Of a DNA stretch of 64,000 nucleotides, positions 45,413 through 55,800 are shown piece by piece. Each line of letters begins with the position of its first letter. Position 1 is the first letter of the stretch. The notes under the pieces were generated by a model. That model searched no databases, was not told where the DNA came from, and was given only the letters and a program-made list of their open reading frames with translations. This stretch comes from Oscillibacter sp. (GTDB taxonomy: Bacteria > Bacillota > Clostridia > Oscillospirales > Oscillospiraceae): NCBI GenBank assembly GCA_034933545.1, contig JAYFNH010000013.1, positions 2,125 to 66,124 on the forward strand, read 5' to 3'. The position numbers and the translations under genes are program-made.

Positions 45413-45988
45413 CTATTTTGTGTGGAACCGTTTTTTTACATCCCGGAGGAAATCCGGCCCCAGCGTGGCTACGCAGCCCACCAGAAGCGAAAAAGCCACG
45501 GCACCCATCACGGCCATGGCCCAGCGGGTCTCCTCGTGCCACACCGAAAGCCCGATGACAGAGCCAAGAAGCGAACCGACGGTCAAAAGCATCATAGGGA
45601 ACATATTCTGCTTCTGGCGTTGCAGATCCGTGAAAAAGAGGACGCCGGAGGCGGCCAGCCCGGAAAAGCACACAATGGGAACGGTTTCCATCGCCCAGCC
45701 GGGCGCCAGCAGCCAGTCGATGAGAATCAGGAGCACGCAGGCGTTGACGATGGACTTAATGGACTGGCTGATGCGGTTGTATTCCACCAAAGAGGGGGAA
45801 ACGGCACCCGACCAGACCATCCACAGCGACCAGACCACCACGGCGCTCCAGGCCTTGCCGCCCACCACCGCGTTGATAACAGGGCAGATAAACGCGGCGA
45901 AGAGAAAGGGCCACCGCAGCGCGGCAATAAAATGCCGGCGCAGCGCCTGCTCTTTTCCCGGTTGGGGATAGGTGATGTTAATCTTCAC
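45413..45988 (-). CDS. DUF6320-like membrane protein
   Basis: GTG 45988 overlaps the upstream stop; several TM helices; ends KKRFH. Family call from recall. Confidence 0.65.
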   Translation of the reverse strand: MKINITYPQPGKEQALRRHFIAALRWPFLFAAFICPVINAVVGGKAWSAVVVWSLWMVWSGAVSPSLVEYNRISQSIKSIVNACVLLILIDWLLAPGWAMETVPIVCFSGLAASGVLFFTDLQRQKQNMFPMMLLTVGSLLGSVIGLSVWHEETRWAMAVMGAVAFSLLVGCVATLGPDFLRDVKKRFHTK

Positions 45989-47483
45989 AAGGGGCACTCC
46001 CTTCCACAGTGATGTCGATGCCGTCGGCTTGCAGCAGGTCATAGAGCCGCTCTTCAAAGGAGGGGTCGGCGGTCATTTTGGCGATGGACAGCGTGGCCGT
46101 ATGGCCAAAGGTGACAAGAGAGCAACCGGCGCGGTTGGTCAGCGCCGTGCCCAGCACAAAATCCATGCTGTCAATATACCCGTCCAGCGGGGCTGGCAGC
46201 TGCACCACCCCCAGATTGGACAGCGTGTTGCTGAAGATCTTGTCCCCCAGAAAGCCGTAGACCATGCGGGCGGCGGGCGCCTTGATAAAGAGGGGGATAA
46301 ACCGCAGCGCGCCCACCATTTTCCGCGTGGCGTTCATCATCTCGCTCATGGCCTGGCGGGAGGCTTTTTCCTCCAGCTGGCGGGAGATCTCGGGGAGGAT
46401 GTCCTCCGCCTTTGTAATGCGCTGGAGGGGCAGGCGGACACCGCAGTACATGGCAAAATTGCGGACCGTCTTCGAGGGGTAGAACTTCCGCATGTTCACG
46501 GGCACCTGAATGCTCATCTCGCCTTGCAGCTCGTCGGTGGCATAGCGTCCCGCCAAAAAAAGCTGGGAGAGCAGATAGGAGGTCACGGTGCTGCTTTTCC
46601 CTTTGGCGGCCGCTTTGAGGGCGTCGCTGTCCATCTTGAAATGCAGCACCCGGTAGGGCCGGGCCCGGGAGAGGCTGCCGCTCATTTGCAAGGCGGATTT
46701 CTCCATGAAGCCGGCACTTTTTTCCGTTTGATCCGCCCGGTCGAACTCGTTGGCGGTTTCCTCGGCGTCGGGAACGGCATCCAGATCCGGCACGCTGCCG
46801 GGCTCCGCCAGCTCCACCCCCAGAAGCCGCAGGTATTCGGCGGTGAGCGCCTTGAGAAAGACCATACCGCCGGTGCCGTCGGTGAGGATGTGAAAAAATT
46901 CGACGCTGACCCGTTTATGGAAATACATGACCCGGAAGGACTGGGAGCCGCTGCGCCCGACCTTCAGCGGCCGGCAGGGATAGCCGGTGTCCGGCTCGAT
47001 GACAAAGCGCCGCTTGGCGGTGTCCAGATAGTGCCAGAAGAATCCTTTTTTCACCGTGGTGGCAAAGCTGGGGAACCGCTTGATGGTGAAGGTCAGTGCC
47101 ATCTGCAAAAGCGCCGGCACCACGTCTTCTTTGAAATAAACGGACAGCCGGAACACGGCCATCTGCCCCTGTTTCATGGAAAGGGGATAAATTTTGGCGG
47201 CGTCGTCCAGAGGGTACCACAAGACGGCGGGCCGGGCGTAAAACCCGCCCAGATGCCTGACGCCCATCCGCGCCAGGGCGGCGCCCACCGGCACGCCCAA
47301 AGCGGCGAAGGCCAGCAGGGCGCTTTCATAATCCGCCCGGAGCCGCAGCTTCTCCTTTTTGGACAGGGTGCAGTGGCTGTCCACCTCTTCCCAAAAAGAG
47401 GAGAGGGCCGTCAGTTCCGGGGTGGAGAGGGTATGCAGATATAGGTCATAGGGACTCATGGAGATTTTTTTCTTCTGCTTCAT
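45978..47483 (-). CDS. Alcohol acetyltransferase / condensation-domain-like acyltransferase
   Basis: WYPLDDAAKIYP, KKGFFWHYL, HxxxD motif FHILTDG, SNLG. Confidence 0.8.
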   Translation of the reverse strand: MKQKKKISMSPYDLYLHTLSTPELTALSSFWEEVDSHCTLSKKEKLRLRADYESALLAFAALGVPVGAALARMGVRHLGGFYARPAVLWYPLDDAAKIYPLSMKQGQMAVFRLSVYFKEDVVPALLQMALTFTIKRFPSFATTVKKGFFWHYLDTAKRRFVIEPDTGYPCRPLKVGRSGSQSFRVMYFHKRVSVEFFHILTDGTGGMVFLKALTAEYLRLLGVELAEPGSVPDLDAVPDAEETANEFDRADQTEKSAGFMEKSALQMSGSLSRARPYRVLHFKMDSDALKAAAKGKSSTVTSYLLSQLFLAGRYATDELQGEMSIQVPVNMRKFYPSKTVRNFAMYCGVRLPLQRITKAEDILPEISRQLEEKASRQAMSEMMNATRKMVGALRFIPLFIKAPAARMVYGFLGDKIFSNTLSNLGVVQLPAPLDGYIDSMDFVLGTALTNRAGCSLVTFGHTATLSIAKMTADPSFEERLYDLLQADGIDITVEGSAPCED

Positions 47484-47602
47484 GGGGACGCTTCACCTAC
47501 TTTAAAGAAGTTTCTTTTTCTAAAGCATACCACCATTTCATCAAAAAGCAAACCCGGCTCCCTCTGCCCGTTTCCTTTTTCACCGCCCCTCCCCGCCCAT
47601 GG

Positions 47603-47654
47603 TTGACAGACGGAGATAGATGCAGTATCATCCAAGTAGTTGATACTGCATCTA
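47603..47654 (+). promoter_or_regulatory. Sigma-A promoter overlapped by a 14-bp inverted repeat (MarR operator candidate)
   Basis: TTGACA, 17 bp, TATCAT; TAGATGCAGTATCA-N10-TGATACTGCATCTA. Confidence 0.8.
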
Positions 47655-47675
47655 ATAACGGAGGGAACAGAAACG

Positions 47676-48158
47676 ATGGATACGACAAAGCGGCAGATCA
47701 CCAAGATTGCCAGAGAGGTGAACAAGTTCACGGTGCGGGTGCTCAAGGGGGAGGGCGTGGGCACGGCGGAGTATGATTTCATTCATGTGGTGCGGAAAAA
47801 CCCCGGGATCACACAGGCCGCCCTGCGGGACGTCCTGTCTCTGGACAAGGGGGCTGCCGCCCGGCGGGCTGTGCGTCTGGAGGCCAAGGGCTATCTGGTG
47901 CGAAAGCCCAATCCTGCGGATGGCCGCAGTCAGCTGCTGTACGCCACGGAAAAGGCGGACAGCCTGAAAAATTCCAAGGTCTCCGTGGAGTCGCTGTATT
48001 ACGAGTGGCTGGAAGAAGCGCTGTCGCCGGAGGAGAACAGGACCTTCTGCCGCCTTTTGAACGTGCTCTACGAGCGGTCGAAAGCGGAGAGCAAGGCAGG
48101 GTTTTCCACGCTGACCCGCCGTTTTTGGGAGGAAAAGGATGCATCGTCAGAGGAGTAA
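47676..48158 (+). CDS. MarR-family transcriptional regulator
   Basis: GITQ..L...L.LDKGA.AR....LE.KGYL.R..NP.DGR; ATG 47676. Confidence 0.92.
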   Translation: MDTTKRQITKIAREVNKFTVRVLKGEGVGTAEYDFIHVVRKNPGITQAALRDVLSLDKGAAARRAVRLEAKGYLVRKPNPADGRSQLLYATEKADSLKNSKVSVESLYYEWLEEALSPEENRTFCRLLNVLYERSKAESKAGFSTLTRRFWEEKDASSEE

Positions 48159-49899
48159 AGAGGCCTCGCGGCCCGATGAGATCCGGTACTACTTCCGGGC
48201 GGAGACAAAACCGCTGGCGGTGGTGACGGTTTCGGGCATCGTTTATAACGTGGGCTTGGCGGCCGGGCCCTACTTTGAAGGGCAGCTGGCCCAGTGCCTG
48301 TTTGACATCATGCAGGGCAGAAAAACGGCGTCCGCCATGGTGTCGCTGGCGGCGGTGTATCTGGGAGTCATTTTGCTGGTGCAGGTCATGCGCGCGGTGA
48401 AACGCTTCGGCGTGCGCCGCTTCGCCAACGACACCAGCCGCCGAATGAGGGGAATTTTGTACGCCAGACTGGTGCGTATGTCTCGGGCGGAGCTGGAGCG
48501 GGAAGAGTTGGGCGCCTTGATGACAAAGGCCGTGGCCGATGTGGACGCCTGCGCGGAGGGGATGCGGAAGTTCACCACCGAGGTGTTCGACACCGGAGTT
48601 GTGCTGGCGGCGTACATGGCCCTGCTCTTTTCTTACGACTGGCGTCTGGCGCTGATGGCCTGCGCCTTTACGCCCTTTGCCTATCTCATGGCGGGGCGGC
48701 TGAAGGGGCGGGTGGCCCAAAGCAGCGCCGCCTATAAAAAAAGCGCCGGGCAGCTCAGCGGCGCTACCATGGACCGCCTTGCCAACGCCCTTACATACAG
48801 GGTGTACGGCTGCGAGGAAAACCGGGACGCGGCCTATGAAAAACGCCTGAGCGATTATGAAAAGTGGGCGGTGGCGGCCAACCTGTGGGAGAACACCATG
48901 CCGCCCCTTTACAACATCATTGCCACCTGCGGGGCGGTGCTGGTGCTGTATTTCGGCGCGCGGAACGTGCTGGGCACCGGCTGGAAAAGCTGGGATATCG
49001 CGGCCTTTACCACGTTTATCTCCTGTTTCACCAAAATGGCCATGAAATCCTCCAAAGCGGCCAAGCTCTTCAACGCCGTGCAAAAGGCCCGTGTGTCCTG
49101 GAGGCGGATCAAGCCGTTAATGCAAACCGTCCCGGCGCCGGAGGAACTGCCGGATATAAAAGCGCCCGTCGCCGGCGAGGTGCGGGCTGAGAAGATCTCC
49201 GTGGCCTGGCCGGGGAGCGAGCCAGTCCTCCGGGAAATTTCCTTTGCCGCCCGTCCGGGGCAGATCATCGGGATAACGGGGCCGGTGGCCTGCGGCAAAT
49301 CCACGCTGGGAAAGGTGTTTATCGGGGAGGCGGCCTATGAGGGCAGCCTTCTCATCGGCGGGGAGGAGCTGCGGGACCTGGACGACGCCCGGCGCAGCGG
49401 GCGCGTCTCCTACATGGGCCATGAGCCGGAGCTGATGAACGACACGCTGGCGGAAAACATCCGTCTGGGAAAACCCGGCGATGTGGAGCCCTGCCTGCGG
49501 GCCGTGTGCCTTTGGGAGGAGGTCTGCCGGATGCCCCAGGGGATCGACACCGTGGTGGGCAGCGGCGGTGTGCGTCTTTCCGGCGGGCAGCAGGCCCGGC
49601 TGGCGCTGGCCCGGACACTTTACAACGCCCGGGATGTCCTGGTGCTGGATGACCCCTTTTCGGCGGTGGACCGGGCCACGGAGCACCTGATACTCCAACA
49701 CCTGCGGGAGGCGGCGGGAGACAGGACGGTGTTTCTCATTTCCCACCGGCTGTATCAGTTCCCCTCCTTTGATGGCGTGTTGTTTTTATCCGACGGCGGA
49801 GGCATTTTTTCCACCCATGCGGTGCTGATGCGCCGGGAGGAGACCTATGCCCGGCTCTATGAAGAGCAGGCGAAAGGAGGCACGGCCGATGAAACGTGA
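48139..49899 (+). CDS. ABC exporter half-transporter (TMD+NBD)
   Basis: TM domain; GPVACGKST, LSGGQQ, Walker B VLDDP (degenerate). Confidence 0.9.
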   Translation: MHRQRSKEASRPDEIRYYFRAETKPLAVVTVSGIVYNVGLAAGPYFEGQLAQCLFDIMQGRKTASAMVSLAAVYLGVILLVQVMRAVKRFGVRRFANDTSRRMRGILYARLVRMSRAELEREELGALMTKAVADVDACAEGMRKFTTEVFDTGVVLAAYMALLFSYDWRLALMACAFTPFAYLMAGRLKGRVAQSSAAYKKSAGQLSGATMDRLANALTYRVYGCEENRDAAYEKRLSDYEKWAVAANLWENTMPPLYNIIATCGAVLVLYFGARNVLGTGWKSWDIAAFTTFISCFTKMAMKSSKAAKLFNAVQKARVSWRRIKPLMQTVPAPEELPDIKAPVAGEVRAEKISVAWPGSEPVLREISFAARPGQIIGITGPVACGKSTLGKVFIGEAAYEGSLLIGGEELRDLDDARRSGRVSYMGHEPELMNDTLAENIRLGKPGDVEPCLRAVCLWEEVCRMPQGIDTVVGSGGVRLSGGQQARLALARTLYNARDVLVLDDPFSAVDRATEHLILQHLREAAGDRTVFLISHRLYQFPSFDGVLFLSDGGGIFSTHAVLMRREETYARLYEEQAKGGTADET

Positions 49900-51544
49900 A
49901 AGAAATCTGGGCGCCGTGGTGCGCCGTGTCCTGGCCGCCTCCCCGTGGATCACCCTTTTGACGGGGGCGGTGATTTTGCTGTCCGTGGCGGCGGCGCTGT
50001 TCCCGCCTTTGATGCTGGAGCGGGCGGTGAACGATCTCACCGCCGGGCGGGGCGTCTCCCTTGGGCTGGCGTTTGCCTATCTGGGCCTTGTGGCGCTGGC
50101 GGGCGTGCTGGAGTCGGGGCAGAACGTGATGATCACCGTGCTGGGCCAGAAGGTGACCCACGGGCTGCGAAGCGCGCTTTGCGCCAAGCTGCGCCATCTG
50201 CCGGCCTCCTATTACACGTCCCATTCGGCGGGGGAAACGGATTCCCGCTTCGTCAACGACGTGGATACGGTGGACGCCCTTTTTACCAACGGTATCGTCA
50301 GTATGTTCGCCGACGCCTGCAAGGTCATCAGCATTTTGGCGGTGATCTGGGATAAAAGCATGGGACTGGGCCTTTTGATGGTTTTGGTGACGCCGGTGCT
50401 GTTTGTGATGACGCGGCTGTTCCAAAAGCGGATGCTGAAAGCCCAGATGGAAAACCGCGCGGCCATCGGCAAGGTGAACCACCATGTGCCGGAGACCATC
50501 GCCAACATCCGCATGATCCATGTGCTGCGGCGGGAGACCTATATGGAACGCCGCTATGACACCTATATCAAAGAGAGCTACCGGGCCACCGACCGCACCA
50601 ATCTCTACGACTCCATCTACTCGCCCATCGTGATCTTCATCAGCTCCTGCGTCATCTCCGTGATGATGGTCTGCGCCGCCATGGGCGGCGGCGTTCGGGC
50701 GTTTTTCGGCATCAGCGTGGGCACGGCGGTGGCCATGATCGCCTATGTGGGCAAGGTGTTCGGACCGTTGGAGAGCATCGGCATGGAGATCCAGAACATT
50801 CAGTCCGCCGTGGCGGGCGTCAAGCGCATCGAGGCGTTTCTGGCCGAGACGGAACGGGAGGAGCCCGCTAATGTCCCGGAGGGGGAAGAGCGGAAAGAGG
50901 AAGAAGCGCTGCTCCGCTTCGACGGCGTGCGCTTTGGCTACGGCGGGGAGGGCGACGTGCTGCAGGATCTGTGCTTCTCTGTCAAAAAAGGCGAAACAGT
51001 CACCTTTGTGGGCCGCACCGGCGCGGGAAAGAGCACGGTGTTCCGCCTGCTTTTGGGGATCTACCGACCGGACGCGGGGCAGGTCACGGTGAAGGGCATC
51101 CCTGCCGCCGACATACCCGACGTGGAGAAGCGCCGCCTCTTCGGCTATGTGGAACAGTCCTTTCATCTGGTGGAGGGAACGGTGGCGGAGCAGATCTCCC
51201 TCTTTGACCCCGCCGTGGGGCGCAAAGAGGTGGAGGACGCCGCCCGGCTGGTGGGGCTGCACGAGAGTATTCTGGCGCTGCCGGAGGGTTACGACACCCC
51301 CGCCGCCCAGACCTCCTTTTCCCAGGGTCAGCTGCAGCTGCTTTCCATCGCCCGGGCCGTGGCGGCTTCCCCGGAGATCCTGCTGCTCGATGAGATCACC
51401 GCCAATCTGGACAGCGACACCGAGCGCCGTGTCCTGCAAGCCCTTGACCGTGCCGCCCGGGGACGAACGGTCCTCTCCGTCTCTCACCGCCTGGGACAGA
51501 CAGTGTCCAGCGGGCGGCTCCTTGCCATCGGAAGCGATCTGTGA
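49889..51544 (+). CDS. ABC exporter half-transporter (TMD+NBD)
   Basis: ATG 49889 after AAGGAGG; GRTGAGKST, FSQGQ, LLLDE. Confidence 0.9.
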   Translation: MKRERNLGAVVRRVLAASPWITLLTGAVILLSVAAALFPPLMLERAVNDLTAGRGVSLGLAFAYLGLVALAGVLESGQNVMITVLGQKVTHGLRSALCAKLRHLPASYYTSHSAGETDSRFVNDVDTVDALFTNGIVSMFADACKVISILAVIWDKSMGLGLLMVLVTPVLFVMTRLFQKRMLKAQMENRAAIGKVNHHVPETIANIRMIHVLRRETYMERRYDTYIKESYRATDRTNLYDSIYSPIVIFISSCVISVMMVCAAMGGGVRAFFGISVGTAVAMIAYVGKVFGPLESIGMEIQNIQSAVAGVKRIEAFLAETEREEPANVPEGEERKEEEALLRFDGVRFGYGGEGDVLQDLCFSVKKGETVTFVGRTGAGKSTVFRLLLGIYRPDAGQVTVKGIPAADIPDVEKRRLFGYVEQSFHLVEGTVAEQISLFDPAVGRKEVEDAARLVGLHESILALPEGYDTPAAQTSFSQGQLQLLSIARAVAASPEILLLDEITANLDSDTERRVLQALDRAARGRTVLSVSHRLGQTVSSGRLLAIGSDL

Positions 51545-51697
51545 GAGAATGAAACGCCCCGGCGTGCCCCTTCGCTCTTTGTTTTTGGAAAATTTTGCAG
51601 AAAAAACAGCCCAAAGGGCGATATAAACGACAGGCTTCTGCCTGTTTCGCCCACAGGTCAGGCTATAATGGGAGCATCTGAAAAAGGGGGCGGTTAT

Positions 51698-51925
51698 GTG
51701 GCAAGAGGCGTGAAGGCGCTGGTCGATTACGACGCGCAGATCAATACCATTGACAGCAAGATCGAAAGGCACACCCAGAATATCGCGGCGCTCAAAGAGA
51801 AGAAGCAGGAGCTTTTGTCCAAAAAGCGGTCGGAGGACATGGCGGCGCTGCAAGGCTATATGGCCAGTAAAGGGCTGACATCGGCCCAGGTCCTGTCGGT
51901 GCTGGAAGCAAAGGCCGGCCAATGA
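51698..51925 (+). CDS. Small coiled-coil hypothetical protein (75 aa)
   Basis: GTG 51698 downstream of TATAAT (51664); heptad-like charged helix; followed by a terminator. Confidence 0.65.
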   Translation: MARGVKALVDYDAQINTIDSKIERHTQNIAALKEKKQELLSKKRSEDMAALQGYMASKGLTSAQVLSVLEAKAGQ

Positions 51926-51933
51926 CTCCGCGC

Positions 51934-51978
51934 AAAAAGCCCCCTTTTGTACAAATGGGTACAAAAGGGGGCTTTTTT
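51934..51978. terminator. Bidirectional terminator
   Basis: AAAAAGCCCCCTTTTGTAC / GTACAAAAGGGGGCTTTTT. Confidence 0.85.
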
Positions 51979-52160
51979 ATATGGCCGCAAGGAAAGAGCG
52001 CCTCCTGCCTGCGGGGCCGGACAAACTGGAGGGACGTCAGCACAAGGCACACGGCCCTCACGGCGAAAAAAACCATGACGCTGGCACGGCAGGAGACGGT
52101 CTCGCCCCGCAGGTAAAAAGAACGCTCATGCACCCTCCCCGGACACAGACCGTGCCGCCA

Positions 52161-52634
52161 TCAGCGATTGAGCTGCCATACCATAAAGTTAAGATACCCG
52201 GCAAAGGTGACCCAGAGGAGATAGGGGATCTGGAGCAGCGCCGCCTTTCGATCCGTTCTGGCAAAAGAGAGGATCATCATCAGCAGCAGCGCCCACAAAA
52301 GCACCAGCCATATAAACGCCAGACCAAAGGCCTGACGGTTAAAAAACAGCAGGCTCCAGAAAAAGTTTACCGCCAGCTGCACGGCAAAGAGCCAAAGGCT
52401 CCGCGTCCGCGCGGCGGAGGGCGGGGCCAGATAGACACGGGCGGCGCCAATGCCCATCAGCGCGTAGAGAATGACCCAGACCACGGGGAACACAATGTCC
52501 GGCGGCGTCAGAGGCGATTTTAAAAGCACGTCGTAGGACGCCATGGCGTCTTTTGTCAAAAAGCCTGCCAGCGCGCCCACGGCCTCCGCCAGCAGCACAA
52601 ACACCAGATACGGTTTCCATACAGTTGTTTTCAC
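52161..52634 (-). CDS. tspO: TspO/MBR tryptophan-rich sensory protein
   Basis: L.K..LTPP..VFP.VW.ILY.LMG; QLAVNFFWS.LFF; PYL.WVTFA.YLN. Confidence 0.92.
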   Translation of the reverse strand: MKTTVWKPYLVFVLLAEAVGALAGFLTKDAMASYDVLLKSPLTPPDIVFPVVWVILYALMGIGAARVYLAPPSAARTRSLWLFAVQLAVNFFWSLLFFNRQAFGLAFIWLVLLWALLLMMILSFARTDRKAALLQIPYLLWVTFAGYLNFMVWQLNR

Positions 52635-52748
52635 ATCACATCACCCGTATTTTATATGCGCCCCGTATGCCTTTTATACCCAGGCGGAGAGCGGGAAAAG
52701 CAAACGCCTCCCCCTGCCTGCGGGGGGTGAAGCGGTAGCAGAAAAGTG

Positions 52749-52787
52749 AAAAAGGCGGCTTATCCAGTGGGATAAGCCGCCTTTTTT
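52749..52787 (-). terminator. Terminator after the 1538-aa surface protein
   Basis: AAAAAGGCGGCTTATCC / GGATAAGCCGCCTTTTT. Confidence 0.8.
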
Positions 52788-52818
52788 CATGTTTTCAGAT
52801 GCGGGATCCAAACGTGTT

Positions 52819-55800
52819 TTATTTTTCGGCGGAATGCTTCTTTCTGCCCCACACATAGGCGCATCCGCAAGCACCGCTGACCGCCGCCGCCGTTATCCAG
52901 AACAGAATCCCGGCGGTATCACCGGTAGAGGGAGAAGCGGCGGCAGGCCCCGTGGGCTGAGCGTCGGGCACGGAAGGCGTGACGGGCGCCGCGGGCGTGG
53001 AAACAGCCGTCTCATAGCTGATGGCATAGGTGGAGAATTTCTGGGTAAAAAGATGAATCTGCTGCGCGGCGGTATCCACATAGCAGGTGCCGTCCGCGCC
53101 GCTGCGGGTGTTGTCCGGCGTAAAGACCCGCACGCCTTCTCCCTCATGGTATTGGAGAACGCAGATATTCTCTTTGCCGGTGGTGTCATAGGGGATCACG
53201 ATCTCCAGCACATGAGAGGTGGTGCCCATCCGGGAGGAGGTCGTGTTACCCGCGGGAGTGGTGATGATCTTGGTCACGGAGATATCCAGGAACTCGAAGG
53301 ACAACTGCTTGTCAGGGGCAGCGGTGAGACTGCTCTTGATGGCGTCCAGCGCCGCTTTGACTTCAGGCACGCTGAGCAGATCGGACTCCGTCTTTTTCTC
53401 CACGGTCATTTTTACCACCACGGAGGCGGTGGGATCTGCCTGCTGTGCCGCTACGACACCCGCTTCTGCGTCAAGACCCGTGACGGTCACAGGCGGGGTG
53501 GCGGGGCCTGTGACTTCCACAAGGGAATCGGCGGTGACGTTGGCTGTCCACTTGGCATAAAGAGTGAGATCCTTGGCCACGGTGTCGGAGGCAAATTGCC
53601 AGAGCTGTGTAAGCGCTTCGTCCGCGTACCAGCCGGTGAAGGTGTAGCCCTGACGGGTGGGAGCGGCGGGTGAAGTCACCTTGCCGCTGTTGTTTGCCCG
53701 GACGCTTGCAACGGCAGAGCCACCGTTGCTGTTAAAGGTTACAACGGGCCGGGCGAGGATGGTCAGAAAGCCGCCTATATAGGAAATGGTATAGTTTTTG
53801 CCCGCGTCGGCGCCGGAGACCTTGATGGCCACCGTGCCGGCAACGGTCATGTCGGGAACGGCGGCATAGGACAGCGTGGGAAGGACGATCAGCTTTTGCC
53901 CGGACAAAAGACCGGACACGGTATAGTCGGTGAGACTGGGAACACTGTCGCCGGCCCAGGCGGTCTGATCGGACGCGGAAATGGTCACAGACGCGGGAGA
54001 GATGGACGCGATGGCCACGGTCTGTGTGCCAGAGGACAGCCGGTAGTTGCCGGCATCTTCCCCGGTGAGGTCAATATGCAGGGAAACGGTTTTGTCTTGG
54101 CCTGCCTCCGCACTGTCGAAAGCACCGGAAACAGTCAGTGACAGGCTGTCTGCGGACAATTTGCCGTCCAGTACGGCGCTGTCCGTGCGCAGCGCGGCCG
54201 CGGTTTTGCCGTCATAGGCCTTATCGGCGGCGGTGATGCCGGACACAGCGACATTCTTTGCCGTAATGGCGGCGGGCACAGAAACGGTGACGGAGGAGAG
54301 CTGATAGTTGCCCAGCGTGTCGCCCGAGAGGCTTACAGGCAGATCAAGCGGGACATTGGAAACCACTCCCTTGGCGGCATAGGCGGGAACGGCGCCCGGC
54401 TGGACGCTGACACCGCTGTCAGACGGCAGAAGGCCGCTGACAGACAGCGTGCCGGAGAGGGCGCCCGCACCGGAGGTGCCGTCATAGACTTTGCTGATTT
54501 GGGCGCTGCCGGCAGAAGCGGTGATCTTTGCCGGGGCGATGGTGAAAGGAACGAAAGCACTGCCGGTAAAGTCGGTGTTGCTTTTGGGAACGGAAACCGT
54601 CAGCTGATAGGTACCGGCGTTTGTGGGGGCATCGGCAGAGGGGCCGTAAACGGTGGAGTCTGTGCCGGTATAGGTATAGACCAGCGTACTGTCAAGCAAC
54701 GGCTGGCCCACCGCCGCGGGGGTGCCAAACACGCTGCCGGAGACCGGAGCGCCGCTGTAAGACAGGCTGGCGGGGGCCGTCAGGCCGGAAATGGTCACGA
54801 CTGTCTTGGGCGTCGACTCAAAGACAAGGGTCGCGGTAAGGTCTTGATAATTGCGGCTGGCAATGGTGACGGTGTAAGTGTCGCTGGCGACGATGCCGTC
54901 GGGATTGTCTTTGCTGGTGTAATCCAGCTGGCCGGCGTCAGAGCTGTTGATCGCCACGGTATCCATCACGGTGGCGCTGGCGGGAGCGGTGACAGAGGTG
55001 AAAGCGGCGTCAGCGGGAACCGACGAAAAGAGCTCCGACAGCTTCACCGATCCCGAGCGGACCGCACCCACCATCACGGGGACGGTGTGCTCCGACAGGG
55101 GAGCGTAAGAGGCCTTGCTGACGGTGAATTTGACCACAGCCGCCGCCGGCGTCTTTCCGCTGTCAGCGTCGGAGGTGATCTTGATATAGTAATCGCCCGC
55201 ATCCGCCGAGGGATCGGTGGAGAAGGTAACGGGCAGATTGCCGGTCTGAGCGTCGTAGGTGCCCACAGTGAGGTTAATGCCGGCGGCGGGAGCTCCGGCG
55301 GTGGTGCCGTCGGAAGCACACCAGGCGGCGCTCACATTCTGAGGCGCAAGGGCGTATTCGGAGAAGGAAGCGGTATAGGTTTTGACGGCAGAAGCCTCGC
55401 CGTATGTGCTGTCCGCGTCAGAAGAAGAGGCGGCCTGAACGGAAATGGTGGGGGTCATCTCGACCTCACCGGCCATCACCAGACCGGAATTGCCCGTAAA
55501 CAGCACATAGCCATTAGCGGAAGATGTGGCATAGGGCATCATTTTACCAAAATCAACGGAGCTCAAGCTCCAGGAAGTGCCAAGATCCTGGGAAGAAGCC
55601 GCGCAGTAGCTGCTGGAAACGGTACCGCCGGCGCGGCCGAGCACGTAGAGATGATTCCCCAGAACACCCAGCTTGCCGCCGATGCTGCCGGTATAATAGC
55701 AGCCGGTTTCCGAGGCGTCGGACCAGGTGGACAGATCGCTGCTGGTTCTGGTAAAGAGCGATTTGGGAGCGGCGGAACGGTATCCCAAAAGAACGTACGT

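Noticed and set aside
49736-51964. 742-aa minus-strand ORF
   Set aside because: Antisense shadow of the ABC exporter gene in GC-rich DNA; no motifs or RBS.
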